DNA of 64,000 nt from Escherichia phage vB_EcoM_Lh1B, in sequence record OK428535.1; one strand, 5' to 3'. The notes under the pieces were generated by a model. It made no database searches, was not told where the DNA came from, and saw nothing but the letters and a program-made list of their open reading frames with translations. Position 1 is the stretch's first letter. Each line of letters begins with the position of its first letter. Made by a program: the position numbers and the translations under genes. Positions 44,748 to 56,500 of this stretch are shown here, one piece after another.

Positions 44748-47700
44748 TTAGCTTGCTTTCCGACTTACGTTTAACGACGGTGTCGGTTGGGTTATTTCCT
44801 GCCTACGTGCAGCTGAGCCCGGAGGAGGCACATTTGCCGCTTGCTGGATACTACCACCCCGTGTGTCGTTTGCCGCTCTTGGATTTGATTTCAAAATATC
44901 ACGAATCTCTTTCAAGTAATCGCGAGACTGAATCAGTACCTTGAGCTGCTGAACATCTATCGGGTCACCATTCAGCGTTGGCGTCGATGCTGTAGCATCA
45001 GAAGTTGGGGCGGCAATTGGACGAGCTGCTGCGTTAACCTGCGCTTCCGCGCCTGCTTTCACTTTAGCAACATCCGTCNCAGACAATCCTTCTGCTGCAG
45101 CTTGCGACGCTACGGTTTCGGCCGTTGTTGAGGCATCGGATGTTCCGGTACCGCCTGTGGTTGGNGTAGGTGCTGCTGGTCCTACATTACCTGCGGCGGT
45201 AGCCATTGCATCTTGTGCCGCCATGGCCCCTTTCTGCGTCAATGCGTCATCACGACGATTAGCATTATCTGCTGGCAGGTTATCTGCNGGCGACAGACTC
45301 GGGTCATTAGCGGCCGGTGCACCCATTGCCGCTGCCGGGTTAGTTGGTGAATTAGGCGACAATCCTGCAACCATATCCTTCGTCTTGCTCGGAACGGCAG
45401 CGACTTCGTTGGCGGAAATTGCGCCCATGCGGCGGTTCAGTTCCTGAATAACCCCGTCTACGCTACGTATACGACCGTTGCTGTAGAAGACGTTGGCATT
45501 CCCTCTCAGTATTGCGGATGTAATCCCAGGAGCACTCGATGCCGCCATATTCGGATTACGCTTCCATGCTTCCAGGAATTTCTTACCGCCGCCTGCACCC
45601 AGGAAGTGGTACAGATAAGCCACGGCTGGNGGNGGTGCTTTACCACCCAGGTCACGTTGTGCTTTTTGGATGTTGTCACGAATGAACTGTACACCCAAAA
45701 TANCATNCNCCCNCGGGNCCNTCTGGTTAACACGCGGAANACCNAACTTCCNCGAANACCCCTTCATCATCCCGTCCCACGNGCCGTTAACAAACTGGAA
45801 CAACCCAGATGCCGAAGCATACGGGTTTTTAGCGGTGTAGTTAAATCCGGACTCCNCCTTAGCCATTGCTAACGCCACTGCAGGTGGCACGCCCATCATG
45901 TTCGCTGCATCGGTAATCAATGCTTTGATATTCGGAACGTTCAACGCACCCTTTCTACCCAACATTTCTATCGGGTATTTTTCAGCCAGTGACTTATAAT
46001 CACCGTCTTTCACTTCACTCAGGTTAATCGAAGACGAACCAGTGGTCATTGCAGCGTAGTTCCGCACACCGCCAACCGCATCGACGACTTGACCCAAGTT
46101 ACCCGGCACACCACCACTCGTACCCGATGGAATGTAGCCTGAGGCGCGAGCACCGTCAGATGACAAAGAATCTCCCGAACTGATGTTCGAGTCTTCTTCA
46201 TCTTCACCGGTAACTTCCAGAGAACTGCGGTTCTTGTTACGATCCTTCCAGCGTGCACGCTTGCCATTATTTTTAATGGCTTTAATCATGTTACGCACGG
46301 CAAGGTCAGCTTCTTTTGACAACAGCTTCAGCGTTTCCAGCTCGGCTTTGATAGACGATGGGTTCGTGTTAGCATCGCCCCCTAGTGGGTTGATGTTCAC
46401 TTCCCACACCGACTGTCTTATACCGCCTTTCAGGCTGTAGGCAGTTGACATCATCAGACTGATTTCGTACAGGTAGCCGCCGGTCAGTTTCAAGTTCAGC
46501 GGATCGGCTGTTGGCAGGTAACGCTTCACCCCAACCAAATACGTCATGAATACCGGTAAGAAGCGGTCAAAGAACCACCGTTTCAAACGATCTTCTTTCG
46601 GTGTGCCGATAGCGTCTGGAACCATCGAGGCGATGGCTTTCTTCCAGTCACCTTTATAGCTTGCGGTTTTCACGTCGATGTCTTTGATGACGTTCTTCTC
46701 GAATACCGTAATCAACGTGCGTGTGGCGTTGTCGATGGTGGTAAAACCATAAGTCTTCCAACGCACCGACTCCATCGCATTCATGTCTTTCTGGTCGAGC
46801 ACCGCGTTCCAGTCTACCTGAATCTGAACCTGCTCTGTTCCGTCTTCCCAACCTTCTACCTTCGCCAGATTTTTATTACGTTCGTTATCCAACTGTCCAA
46901 GTTTGTTGATAGCTTCATCAACACCCGCGGACTTAATCCCCTCCACGGCCGGTGCCATTCCGTACTTACGNGCTTTCTTATCGTCCATTCTGAACTTGAT
47001 TGCACNCNCGACTTCATTCTGCACTTCCATAACCTCTTCACCGCTCAAAAACTCCTTCGGTGTAAAGGTTACAACGTCCCAGGCTTTCGAGAAGAAGCCT
47101 TGGTTGACTTTGCGTGGGTCTGTTAACGAAGAGAACGCTTTTGCATCCTTAGTCATCTTCATTTTGTTGAAGAGTGTCTGCATGTCCTCTTTCGATACTT
47201 TCTTAGCATCGCCGACGTCAGCCAACTGGATACTATTCGGCATTGATTTCAGTGCCGNAATCCAGCGGAGATAAATCGGAATAAAGCGCTGAAGCATAAA
47301 CGCTTGGAAGGCCAACATCTCGCCTTTTTCCTCGACGTTAATACCGAACCCTTCAGCTAACTTCTGAACGTCTTTTCCACCTAGCCCACGGAGACTGGCT
47401 TGGCCATCTTCCGCGTAAGACACATACTCACGCAATGCGTCTTCTAAGTAACGCGCTTTCGCCCCGTCATCCGACGACCACTTATCGTAATCACGGAAAC
47501 CGTACTGAGCTAAACGCATCTTATCCAGGTACTGGGTATAGGTAGTCGTTGCGATCTTGTACNCGGCGTAACCNNCCNCGGNGNNCNCNCCACCGATAAG
47601 AATTGCCGGCCAACCCACCGCAGTCACGACGGCAGAGGCCCCGGTTCCCACNNCGGNCACCNCGGGTGCCNCCAAACGGGTTACTGCGAACTTACCAACA

Positions 47701-50700
47701 TTCCACGCAGCCTTACCTAAAAGACCTACGGGTTTTAACACACCCCATTTCGTGATAGAACCGAGTATATTACCCACAGTTCCCAAGATACTGACGATGG
47801 GGCCGATGATAGGTAAGCCTTTCACCATATCCCACAGACCGCCAGATTTCCCTTTGGAGCCCTGCNCTTTCTCTTTCTTCNCCTTNCNTTTCNCACNCCA
47901 ACNTTTGAAGAAGTTAAAGTAGTCGCGTTTTTCATCACCTTCAGGCGGCTTGTTACGTTTACCGAACTTCGCAAACATGGTACGAATAATACCATCGTCG
48001 CCACCTGCACGGGATACTGATTCGCGCATGGTGTTAAACCACGACATCTCTTGCAAGCCAATCATTCGGTCCAAGCGTTCGAATAACCTTGCACCTGCTG
48101 ACTTGGCGGCATTCTTCCCTTTGTTGATAACCCTCCCTGCTGCATCACGGGCGGTCTCAAGGTCTTCCTTCGCATCGCCGTAGACTTTACGGCCAGAAAG
48201 GCCACCTTTCGCGTTCAAATGGCTGCGATAAAACTCAGCAACATCGTCATCGCGTCCAGCCAACCGACGTTCAACTTCGTAACGTGTAGCAATGTCGTGT
48301 CGTGCTCCACGATATCCATCGAGCATATCCCCAGCCCGGCCTCGGAAACCACTGAACCAACCNCGCAGGCNGTCGCGTCCACGACCAAAGAACGCTTTTG
48401 TTCTTGACCAACGTCCACCAAAACGTTCAGACAATGACGATTTCGCACGATCATACGCCCCGCGTACTGCACGACCGATCGTACTACCGCCACCCCCGAC
48501 GCCCTTCTCCATTTCCTCTGTCCAACTTTCGTCTTCCGGATCTCCCGGTAAACGTTGGTTCAACAGTTTATAGATACGGATAAGGATGTGGTTGGTTTTC
48601 TTGCCGGTTGATGAGAAGAGACTGAAACCACCACCCCCACCATCTTTACGGCCTTTCCACCAACGCGTCAGTGGGTTGTCGGTAANCATGTCTTTCAGAC
48701 GATCGACACCACGTTTCGCAAAACCGAGCACTTTACCCGGTAAGCTCGTTACACGGTTGAACGCTTTCTGGAGACGTGTCTTTTCTTCGCCTTCCGGAAT
48801 CTCGTTCAGCCAGTCCTTAATCTTACCAACGATGCTGCCTGCTTTCGGTGACAGGAAATCCAGGAACCGCTTCGGTAGCTTAGCCACCTTATTAAAGCCT
48901 AAGCCAATCTTACTGGCCAGACCTTGGGTCAGTGCTTGGATTTTCCCGCCTTTATAGTAGCGGAGTTTACCCGCAGCGGCTAAGTCAGCGGCTGCTAATA
49001 CCAGATTACCTGCGGAGTCAACAATATCACTCCCCAGTTTGATGTCGTCCAGCGTTTTCAGCTGAACCATTTTACCATCAATGACCTGATAGTATTCTCC
49101 AGCTTCCAGACGTGCACCTTGCAGAACAACGTTACCGTGGTCATCGTAAACATCGCGGATACCCAGTAGTCCTTTACCGAAGGAACTTACCGCTTCAAAA
49201 CCACCACGGACACTACCACTGATAAGGCCACGCATCCGGGTTAAGAAACCAGGACCTTCGCCACCTCCCATGCCTGCGACTTTACCGCGTGCCCAACCAC
49301 CGAACTGGTTCAGTTTATTCCAGGCACCCTTAACACCACGTTTCGCAAAGCCGCCGATTCCTGCTGCGGTGTCGAACAANACACCGCCCCAACGACGAAT
49401 AAGCCCATCCTCACCGATGATAATACGACGGCGTCTACCGCCACCGCTACCACCACCAGGGCGAGGCGGACCCATTTCTTCATCACCAGAACCAGCACCC
49501 CCTGCTAACGAAGCCAGAAGAACCCCTTCTTCGTCCATACTTCTGACGTGTTCCAGAATTTTCTGGAGGGTGTCACTGTTGTTGTTACCACGAATCGCTT
49601 CGATGATACCGTCAAAGTTATTCCGTGGTGCTTCTTCGCCGCGGTTACGTTGACTCAACAATTCAACAAAGTTAGTCGAGGTTTTACCGTAGAGAACTGC
49701 GGCTAACTGCCGAGGCGACATTCCGCGGCCTTTACCACCGCCACGTAAANCNGGNGGTAACGACGTGTCATCGGCACCACCACTTGCCCCTTGGTTCATT
49801 CGGCGCAGATAGTCGCCTAACGCCGAACCATTTTGCAGCTTACGTTGAATCTCCTGGTCACGAGTCAATGCGCGCCCGCTGCGTGTCTTACCCATCGCCA
49901 AGTCATTAAACAAGGTATAGGGATCGGACAGGTCTTTATCCACGCCGAAGGTGTCACTCTTCGCGTCGTAGTTAAAGATACCCGCATCACGCAACGCTCG
50001 CTCGCCGTAAATATTCACCGCCTCGTCGATAATTGCCTGACGTTGGGTGATAGATGACTGCACTGTGGAGATTTTGCGAGCCAGTTCGTTACTTAATTCG
50101 TTGCTACCACCGAGTAAGCTGTCTGAATGCCCCTGTAACGCTTCCTTAATGCGTTCTGCGGCGTTTCCTGGCATATACCGATGAAGATGCATCGGGTCTT
50201 TCAGAATCGCTTCTACGTCGAATGCGCGGCCCTGCGAGGCACGTGACTCGATATAGTCGGCAAGATGCTGTCGATCCTTCTGCGAGAGCGTTTTGCCACG
50301 GTCAACAAAATCCACAGTGCTGTTAATGGAATTTTGGAGACGCAGGCGCTGCTCATCGTTTGCAACCGCTTTGCGTACACGGTTACCGACCACTTTGCGG
50401 TCTACGAAACCACGACTGGTGATGTCGTATTCCAGATCGGCATGTTCGCCATAGCCACGACGAACAGATTTGTTAATCTCTGCCAGCCAGGCAGGAATAA
50501 CTTCAACCAGGCTAAGATACGCTTTACGGTCAAACTTCGCCGAACGACTTAACGTTTCGCCATTACGCTCATCGAGGAAGGCTTTCTCACGGTTTAACGG
50601 TTGGACAATACCGAGTTCATTCAGTACCCGGAACAAATCCGCCAACGGTCCTTGTGTTTCGCCTGCGATAGCTGAGTTCGAGATAGAGGAAAGATTACCA

Positions 50701-51722
50701 AAGGTGAACGCGCCCTTCTGCAGGCGTTTCATGACCTCTGGATTTTTCTCCATCTCCTCACGAGTCCATTTCTGGAGTTTCTCGATTTGTGGGCCGAGTA
50801 GTTTCTTCGCAAGGAATCCGCTACCCCATGCAGTTGCTTTATCGCGAGCATTTGTTTTGCGACGTTCGGCAGTCAACGAAGAGCTGTCGCTCATGCCGAA
50901 ATCGTCTTCAACACCCATGCCGAGAACAGACTCTAACAAACCACGACCTTCGCCAAATATACCAGAAATTTTCTTCTTGGTATTTTCGCGAATCATGTCC
51001 ATAAACCCGTCAGCATAACGCAANGGGTTCATCCATTCCGCAGCCTGGCGTTTAACGTTTGCCCAACGGACTTCTGAGAAATCTTCCTTCGCGTAGTCTG
51101 GCAGCGCCGTGTTCTTCACGATGGCTTCTAAAGCAGGCGTGTTACGATCGAACTCCGACTGCTTCATCTTCACGATGTCTTGAATGGCGAACAGGGTACG
51201 GTATTGCAATTCGAGTTTCTTACGCTCGATGTTTAAGAATACCCCACGGCTTAACCCGGTTAGCAGGTTAATGTCTTTCGCCATCCCAATCATGGTTTGG
51301 TGCATTGCATCCGCGCGCATCTCTTTGATGCTGTCGCGGAGCTTATCCTCTACCATGCGGTCCTGCAGTTGACGTTGTTCGTCGGCGTCCTTTGGCACGC
51401 CTGAGAAAACGTCGCCCAGTTCACGATCCATCAATGCCTGATTAGGATCGTAATTTTGGTAATCCAACTGGTCAGATTTTGACCACTTGTCGATGCGCTT
51501 AGTAACTGCATCCGGCAAGTATTTCTTCATCGTCGGACCGAGTTGGCGCGCTTGCATCTTCAGCGTGCGCTCGGTCTTCTCAAGCTCCCCTTTCGTATGG
51601 GCGTAAATGTCCTTTGCTGCAGCTGCCGCTGACTGATAACCCTCGTATGCATCAGCTGCCGGCTTAGGCATCCCCTTGAGGATAACTTGGTCGCGTTTCC
51701 CTTCTGGCCAGATAGTTGACAT
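44748..51722 (-). CDS. giant virion-associated protein with C-proximal lytic transglycosylase domain (about 2320 aa from proposed start)
   Basis: Uninterrupted ORF 44748-51905; start proposed at ATG comp. 51720-51722 (AGGAAG SD-like) because the ORF otherwise overlaps the divergent RNAP gene start; GVPPAVALAMAK.ESGFNYTAKNPYASASGLFQFVNG SLT-like motif about 2040 residues in; Gly/Arg-rich low-complexity tracts. Confidence 0.8.
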   Translation of the reverse strand: MSTIWPEGKRDQVILKGMPKPAADAYEGYQSAAAAAKDIYAHTKGELEKTERTLKMQARQLGPTMKKYLPDAVTKRIDKWSKSDQLDYQNYDPNQALMDRELGDVFSGVPKDADEQRQLQDRMVEDKLRDSIKEMRADAMHQTMIGMAKDINLLTGLSRGVFLNIERKKLELQYRTLFAIQDIVKMKQSEFDRNTPALEAIVKNTALPDYAKEDFSEVRWANVKRQAAEWMNXLRYADGFMDMIRENTKKKISGIFGEGRGLLESVLGMGVEDDFGMSDSSSLTAERRKTNARDKATAWGSGFLAKKLLGPQIEKLQKWTREEMEKNPEVMKRLQKGAFTFGNLSSISNSAIAGETQGPLADLFRVLNELGIVQPLNREKAFLDERNGETLSRSAKFDRKAYLSLVEVIPAWLAEINKSVRRGYGEHADLEYDITSRGFVDRKVVGNRVRKAVANDEQRLRLQNSINSTVDFVDRGKTLSQKDRQHLADYIESRASQGRAFDVEAILKDPMHLHRYMPGNAAERIKEALQGHSDSLLGGSNELSNELARKISTVQSSITQRQAIIDEAVNIYGERALRDAGIFNYDAKSDTFGVDKDLSDPYTLFNDLAMGKTRSGRALTRDQEIQRKLQNGSALGDYLRRMNQGASGGADDTSLXXXLRGGGKGRGMSPRQLAAVLYGKTSTNFVELLSQRNRGEEAPRNNFDGIIEAIRGNNNSDTLQKILEHVRSMDEEGVLLASLAGGAGSGDEEMGPPRPGGGSGGGRRRRIIIGEDGLIRRWGGXLFDTAAGIGGFAKRGVKGAWNKLNQFGGWARGKVAGMGGGEGPGFLTRMRGLISGSVRGGFEAVSSFGKGLLGIRDVYDDHGNVVLQGARLEAGEYYQVIDGKMVQLKTLDDIKLGSDIVDSAGNLVLAAADLAAAGKLRYYKGGKIQALTQGLASKIGLGFNKVAKLPKRFLDFLSPKAGSIVGKIKDWLNEIPEGEEKTRLQKAFNRVTSLPGKVLGFAKRGVDRLKDMXTDNPLTRWWKGRKDGGGGGFSLFSSTGKKTNHILIRIYKLLNQRLPGDPEDESWTEEMEKGVGGGGSTIGRAVRGAYDRAKSSLSERFGGRWSRTKAFFGRGRDXLXGWFSGFRGRAGDMLDGYRGARHDIATRYEVERRLAGRDDDVAEFYRSHLNAKGGLSGRKVYGDAKEDLETARDAAGRVINKGKNAAKSAGARLFERLDRMIGLQEMSWFNTMRESVSRAGGDDGIIRTMFAKFGKRNKPPEGDEKRDYFNFFKXWXXKXKXKKEKXQGSKGKSGGLWDMVKGLPIIGPIVSILGTVGNILGSITKWGVLKPVGLLGKAAWNVGKFAVTRLXAPXVXXVGTGASAVVTAVGWPAILIGXXXXXXGYAXYKIATTTYTQYLDKMRLAQYGFRDYDKWSSDDGAKARYLEDALREYVSYAEDGQASLRGLGGKDVQKLAEGFGINVEEKGEMLAFQAFMLQRFIPIYLRWIXALKSMPNSIQLADVGDAKKVSKEDMQTLFNKMKMTKDAKAFSSLTDPRKVNQGFFSKAWDVVTFTPKEFLSGEEVMEVQNEVXXAIKFRMDDKKXRKYGMAPAVEGIKSAGVDEAINKLGQLDNERNKNLAKVEGWEDGTEQVQIQVDWNAVLDQKDMNAMESVRWKTYGFTTIDNATRTLITVFEKNVIKDIDVKTASYKGDWKKAIASMVPDAIGTPKEDRLKRWFFDRFLPVFMTYLVGVKRYLPTADPLNLKLTGGYLYEISLMMSTAYSLKGGIRQSVWEVNINPLGGDANTNPSSIKAELETLKLLSKEADLAVRNMIKAIKNNGKRARWKDRNKNRSSLEVTGEDEEDSNISSGDSLSSDGARASGYIPSGTSGGVPGNLGQVVDAVGGVRNYAAMTTGSSSINLSEVKDGDYKSLAEKYPIEMLGRKGALNVPNIKALITDAANMMGVPPAVALAMAKXESGFNYTAKNPYASASGLFQFVNGXWDGMMKGXSXKXGXPRVNQXXPXXXXILGVQFIRDNIQKAQRDLGGKAXXPAVAYLYHFLGAGGGKKFLEAWKRNPNMAASSAPGITSAILRGNANVFYSNGRIRSVDGVIQELNRRMGAISANEVAAVPSKTKDMVAGLSPNSPTNPAAAMGAPAANDPSLSXADNLPADNANRRDDALTQKGAMAAQDAMATAAGNVGPAAPXPTTGGTGTSDASTTAETVASQAAAEGLSXTDVAKVKAGAEAQVNAAARPIAAPTSDATASTPTLNGDPIDVQQLKVLIQSRDYLKEIRDILKSNPRAANDTRGGSIQQAANVPPPGSAARRQEITQPTPSLNVSRKAS

Positions 51723-51898
51723 CGCCGACTTCCTGGCAACATTCAGGGTACTGAGTATCGGGCTTCGTTTTTTCTCGTCTTTGGGACGGGGNGGTTCNCC
51801 NAAANCNTCCCANTCGTCGANTNTATCTAAATCNATATCATCNAAACCNTCTTTNCCTCTTTTTGCCNTAANNTTTNTTCCAATTNAGGAGNTTAAAA

Positions 51899-53512
51899 AT
51901 GACAAAGCTAAAATGGGTTNACTTTTACTTGTTAAACNNCAACAAGTCCCTGGTGTCGCATTTAAAACCAGTTACAACAACAGACACCTTTCAGGGACTG
52001 ACGAAAAACTTTCACCCTGAAGGACTGTATTCAACCGAAATTTTTGGCCTCACAGGGAGCGAAGCACGAGACTCAACGTTCTCGTACATTGATATCAAAC
52101 TGGATATCATTTCGCCGACCGTTTGTTTGGCATTGTTCCAGCTGAAACAGCTGTACGAAGAAATCTGTTCCGGGAAGCGATTCGCTATCTGGAATGAGAA
52201 AGAAAAAGATTTCGAGCCGGCTCTGCCCAGTGATAAAGGTGCAGACACCGGCTTCAACTTCTTCCTACGCTACTACGAACAACTGACACCGGGACGCAAC
52301 GAATCGATGCGTCGCGACGAGACAGTCGATTTCTTCAATAAGTTCCGTCCGGTCAGTCTCAGCCGCTATGTGCTGGTTCTGCCTGCGGGATTACGTGATT
52401 TGGTCATTCGTCAGGATGGCCGCGACCAAGAAGAAGAGATTGGCGGACTCTACCGTCGTCTGATTTCTCTGGCGCGTGCAATCCCCGACCGCAGTACGCG
52501 AACGGAACTGACTGACCCGGTTCGCTGGAAGCTCCAACAAACCTTTAATGATATCTGGATGTACTTCTTCAACATCCAGGATGGTAAAGGTGGTTTTGCA
52601 CGTCGTAAAGTGACGTCACGTAAGTTAATGAACGGTACGCGTAACGTACTGTCTTCATTCTCAACCGGTTCCAAGGTCATGGGTCGCGAAGATGCGATTC
52701 GTCCAACGGATACCCGTATCGGTTTGTACCAAACCCTGAAGGCATTACTGCCTGTGGCTCAATACCACATCCGTGAACGTTACCTCAGTAACATCCGGGC
52801 AGGGGACGGCAACTTATACGGCGTTAACACCAAAACACTCAAGCGTGAGTTCCTGGAAGTCTCCGGGCGGGTGTATGACCTTTTCACTACCGACGATGGC
52901 ATCGAAACACTCATCAACAGAATGGAAGCGCGCGAGCTTCGACATAAACCGCTGATGATTGATCCGGACCATTACGTGGCATTAATCTACCAGGACAAAC
53001 GCAGCTTCAAAATCTTTTACGATATTGAAGACCTGCCGGAAGGACGTGACCGCAAGCTTGTCCGCGGACTGAGCTTAGCAGAACTCCTCTATTTGTCAGG
53101 TTACGATATTTGGAATGACTACTTCTCGTTCATCACGCGTTATCCGGTTACGGGACGCGGTTCGACTTACTCCTCGACCATAAGATTGGAGACCACCACC
53201 TCTTCCCTCTATTTGCATGAACTGGAAGACGATTGGGNCACGTTAAAAGANAAGGGNGCAATTNGNTTCCCTGACCGTACCGTGAAAACNTTTGTGGAAT
53301 CCATGGCACCACATCCANCCCNATTAGGGGGNTTGGGNGGNGACNACGANGGNGACACCGGCNCANCAAANAGCCCGATGTCAACCGAAGCGCTCGNGGA
53401 AAATCGGAAGTGGGTCAGTTCGAAAAACTACTGGTTTGCAACAGACGGCAGTTTCAAAATCAATCCGGTTAACAACGTGATTAAAAGAACGACTGCTGCG
53501 CTGTTGAAATGA
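51899..53512 (+). CDS. RNA polymerase beta-prime-like subunit, N-terminal fragment
   Basis: FSYIDIKLDIISPTV and VLVLPAGLRDLVIRQDGRD....IGGLYRRLISL align with E. coli RpoC HIELASPTAHIW and [35 protein letters not shown]; partly resolved GGD-x-(D/E)-GD-TG at 53342-53362 compatible with the DxDGD catalytic loop. Confidence 0.75.
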   Translation: MTKLKWVXFYLLNXNKSLVSHLKPVTTTDTFQGLTKNFHPEGLYSTEIFGLTGSEARDSTFSYIDIKLDIISPTVCLALFQLKQLYEEICSGKRFAIWNEKEKDFEPALPSDKGADTGFNFFLRYYEQLTPGRNESMRRDETVDFFNKFRPVSLSRYVLVLPAGLRDLVIRQDGRDQEEEIGGLYRRLISLARAIPDRSTRTELTDPVRWKLQQTFNDIWMYFFNIQDGKGGFARRKVTSRKLMNGTRNVLSSFSTGSKVMGREDAIRPTDTRIGLYQTLKALLPVAQYHIRERYLSNIRAGDGNLYGVNTKTLKREFLEVSGRVYDLFTTDDGIETLINRMEARELRHKPLMIDPDHYVALIYQDKRSFKIFYDIEDLPEGRDRKLVRGLSLAELLYLSGYDIWNDYFSFITRYPVTGRGSTYSSTIRLETTTSSLYLHELEDDWXTLKXKXAIXFPDRTVKXFVESMAPHPXXLGXLXXDXXXDTGXXXSPMSTEALXENRKWVSSKNYWFATDGSFKINPVNNVIKRTTAALLK

Positions 53513-53530
53513 TACCCATAAGGCACATGT

Positions 53531-56500
53531 ATGATTTTTCTGAAACAGTTTAACCAGCGCTTTACCGTGCGCAAGACCGATGAGTTCGGTCGTCCGCGTA
53601 TTATCCCGCTGGAGAAGCTCCAGCTCCCACGTGGTTCTATCTACCACACCATCGATTTAGACCAGGTGGTTTTAGCACCACCGTTAACTACACCGTNTTT
53701 TGNCCNGGTGGAAAAACCGGCGATGATTCGCCACCACTTCCAGCTGCCTGAAGACGGCATTATTGGCCACCCGCGTAAGAAACCGGTTGTTGGCCAAGAA
53801 CGTCAAATCTTCCAGTACCATCGTAACAATCGTCGTATTCGTCGCATGATTGAAGACGGCGTGGTACGTTCCGATCCGAAAGTGCTGCTCATCGAAAACT
53901 ACACCCCGATGCTGCCGCATTATTTCTACCCTGATACTCTGATGTCCTGGTACGAACGTCTGCACAACATTCAGCTGCTGATAACTAACCAGATGAAAAC
54001 TGACTCACGTGAGTACATGCGTCAGAACTACTACATCATCGAACTGGGTAACGTACTGCCTTCTTTCGATCGTTTTAAAATGACGTATAACGATCGTGTT
54101 AAAACCAAACTGGAGCGCTTTAAAGACTTTAACCTGCTGTGGTTACTGGAGTTGTTCGGTTGGGTGTACGGCGATCAGCAAGCAACACTGTTTGACGGTA
54201 TGGACATGAACCAGCTGTCACGTGTGAACTTTATCTTCACACACAACGGTGGTTTTACATCCATGAACATGGGTGTAATTGAAAGAATGCGTAAGTCTGC
54301 CGGTGGTCGTTTGACTGACGTGCAGATGGGCAGAATGTTCTACCGTACACTGACTACTGTGATGACCACACCGCCGTCTACCGACTACGAAGATGACGAG
54401 TTCGTTACACCGGAAGGGGATGAACGCGTACATCTGGGAGAGGACGACGATGCTGTTGAAACCGTTGCCAGTAAACCGGAAGAAAGCCTCGATATCGTCG
54501 ACGATGAAGCAACACAAAGCGACAACGTTGACGATACATTGAACGATCATGAGTTCGATGAGAAAGAAGATCTGGTCATCGAAGCGCCGAAAGAAGATGT
54601 CAAACCAACCACCATCGTCGTAGAACGCACCATCCCACACGATGCTGTGATTAAACAAGAAGTTGAGCGCCTGGCNGAAGCGGGCCGCGTCACCGCCAAA
54701 GCGTATCAGTTCCTGAACGAATCTTCTAAACGTTTCGTAAACTTACCCAACCCGTACAATCCTAAAGAGACGTACGGCGAAGGTCTGACCATCGATCCGA
54801 AGAAACTCGAAGTTAAAGCCGAGCCTAAGAAGATTGAACGCTTAGTTACGGATGAAGCCTGGGCGGAAAATACCACCGACCAAATCATTCGTCAGTACAA
54901 CCAGGAAATCTTCCCGAAAGATATTCTGGGGGCAGTAGCGTCATCTCAGCGTCTCGGTTTGGCGATTCACAATCACACTGTTNAGAAAGAGATTTCCGTT
55001 ACCGGGAATATCGAACACCACACGTTGCGTATTCAGCCGATTGGCGGAGAACCAACCACGGTACGTTTCTCAATTCCTGCATTAACCGAAGACGGTACTT
55101 GGGTTGCGAATGGTGTGGAATATACAATGCGTCGTCAGCGTGTTGATCTTCCCATCCGTAAAGTGTCCCACGATACTGTAGCGTTAACCACTGCCTACGG
55201 GAAGAACTTTGTCCGTCGCAGTGATAAAGTCGTCAATGATTACGGACGTTGGCTCACTAACGCGATTATTACTCGCGCGGTCGATCCAAAGAACACCGAA
55301 ATCACTGATGCAAAACTGGCGAATGTGTTCGATCCGCTGTCTAAACTGCCGCGTCAGTACACCGAGGTGGCACGTCGTGTAGCAGCATTCAACGCAATTG
55401 GGTACCAATGGAACTTTGACATTAAACAGAAAGCGGCATTCTTTAACGAAGGGCAACTGGCAGATGCGGACCGTGTCGAGCTGGTACCTGTGGCGAAGAA
55501 ACCGCGGAGTCATGTCATCGTCGGTATGGATAAAAACTCCCAGCTTTATCGAGTGGATAAGGATAAGACCGAACCACTGGGTACACTCGCCGAGGTCTTT
55601 GGCGTGGACACCTCTAAGGCTCCACGTGAAATGACCGAACTGTCACTGATGGGCAAATCAATCTCGCTGGGCTTTGTGTTTGCGTACTATCTCGGATTAA
55701 CCGGGATGTTGAAACACTTTGGTATCAGTTACGAGGTTCTCTCTGTCGGACAACGTATCGATAAAGGTCAGTTCGACTCCATTATTCGTCTCCAGGATGC
55801 GAAAATTGCAATTGTCTGCGAGAACGATCAACAGAGGATGATTGTCAACGGCTTAGACCGTTACATTAAACACTTTACCACGTATACCGAGTCGGAAGTT
55901 GACCGGGAAGACATTTACCTGAACCTGTTACGTGATGCAGATGGGCTAACACCACGCTACATCAAAGAGCTGAAACTGATGCGGACCGCATTTGTTGACG
56001 ACATGCACGCGCGTATCCTCAGGAAAATGGGCGAGCCGGNAACCTTTATCGGCTTACTGGAGCGTTCTAACGAACTGCTGCAGACGGACCACACGTTACC
56101 GGAAATTAACGGTGACGAAATGATGTTCATCGGGAACCAACGTATTTCGTATCACATCTACACCGCGATGGTGCGGGCGATGCGTAACTACAACAACGCG
56201 CCTAACTCGAATCGTAAGTTTGAGTTGACGCAGGACATGGTCTGGGGTGCAATTAACTCCGACCCGTCTGTTCTACTGGCTCCTGGTGCAAACCCGGTAC
56301 AGAACATCAAAGAAAAAGATGTTGTTACCATGGGCGGTACAGGTGGTCGTAACCGCAAGACCATGGTCTACAGTACCCGTGAATTCCAACCGAGCGACCT
56401 GGGGATTGTCTCCGGTAACACGGTCGATAACGGCGATGTAGGTATCACCGCCTTTGCAACAAACAATCCGCGTTACGACACCGTGGACGGCACGACCTTT

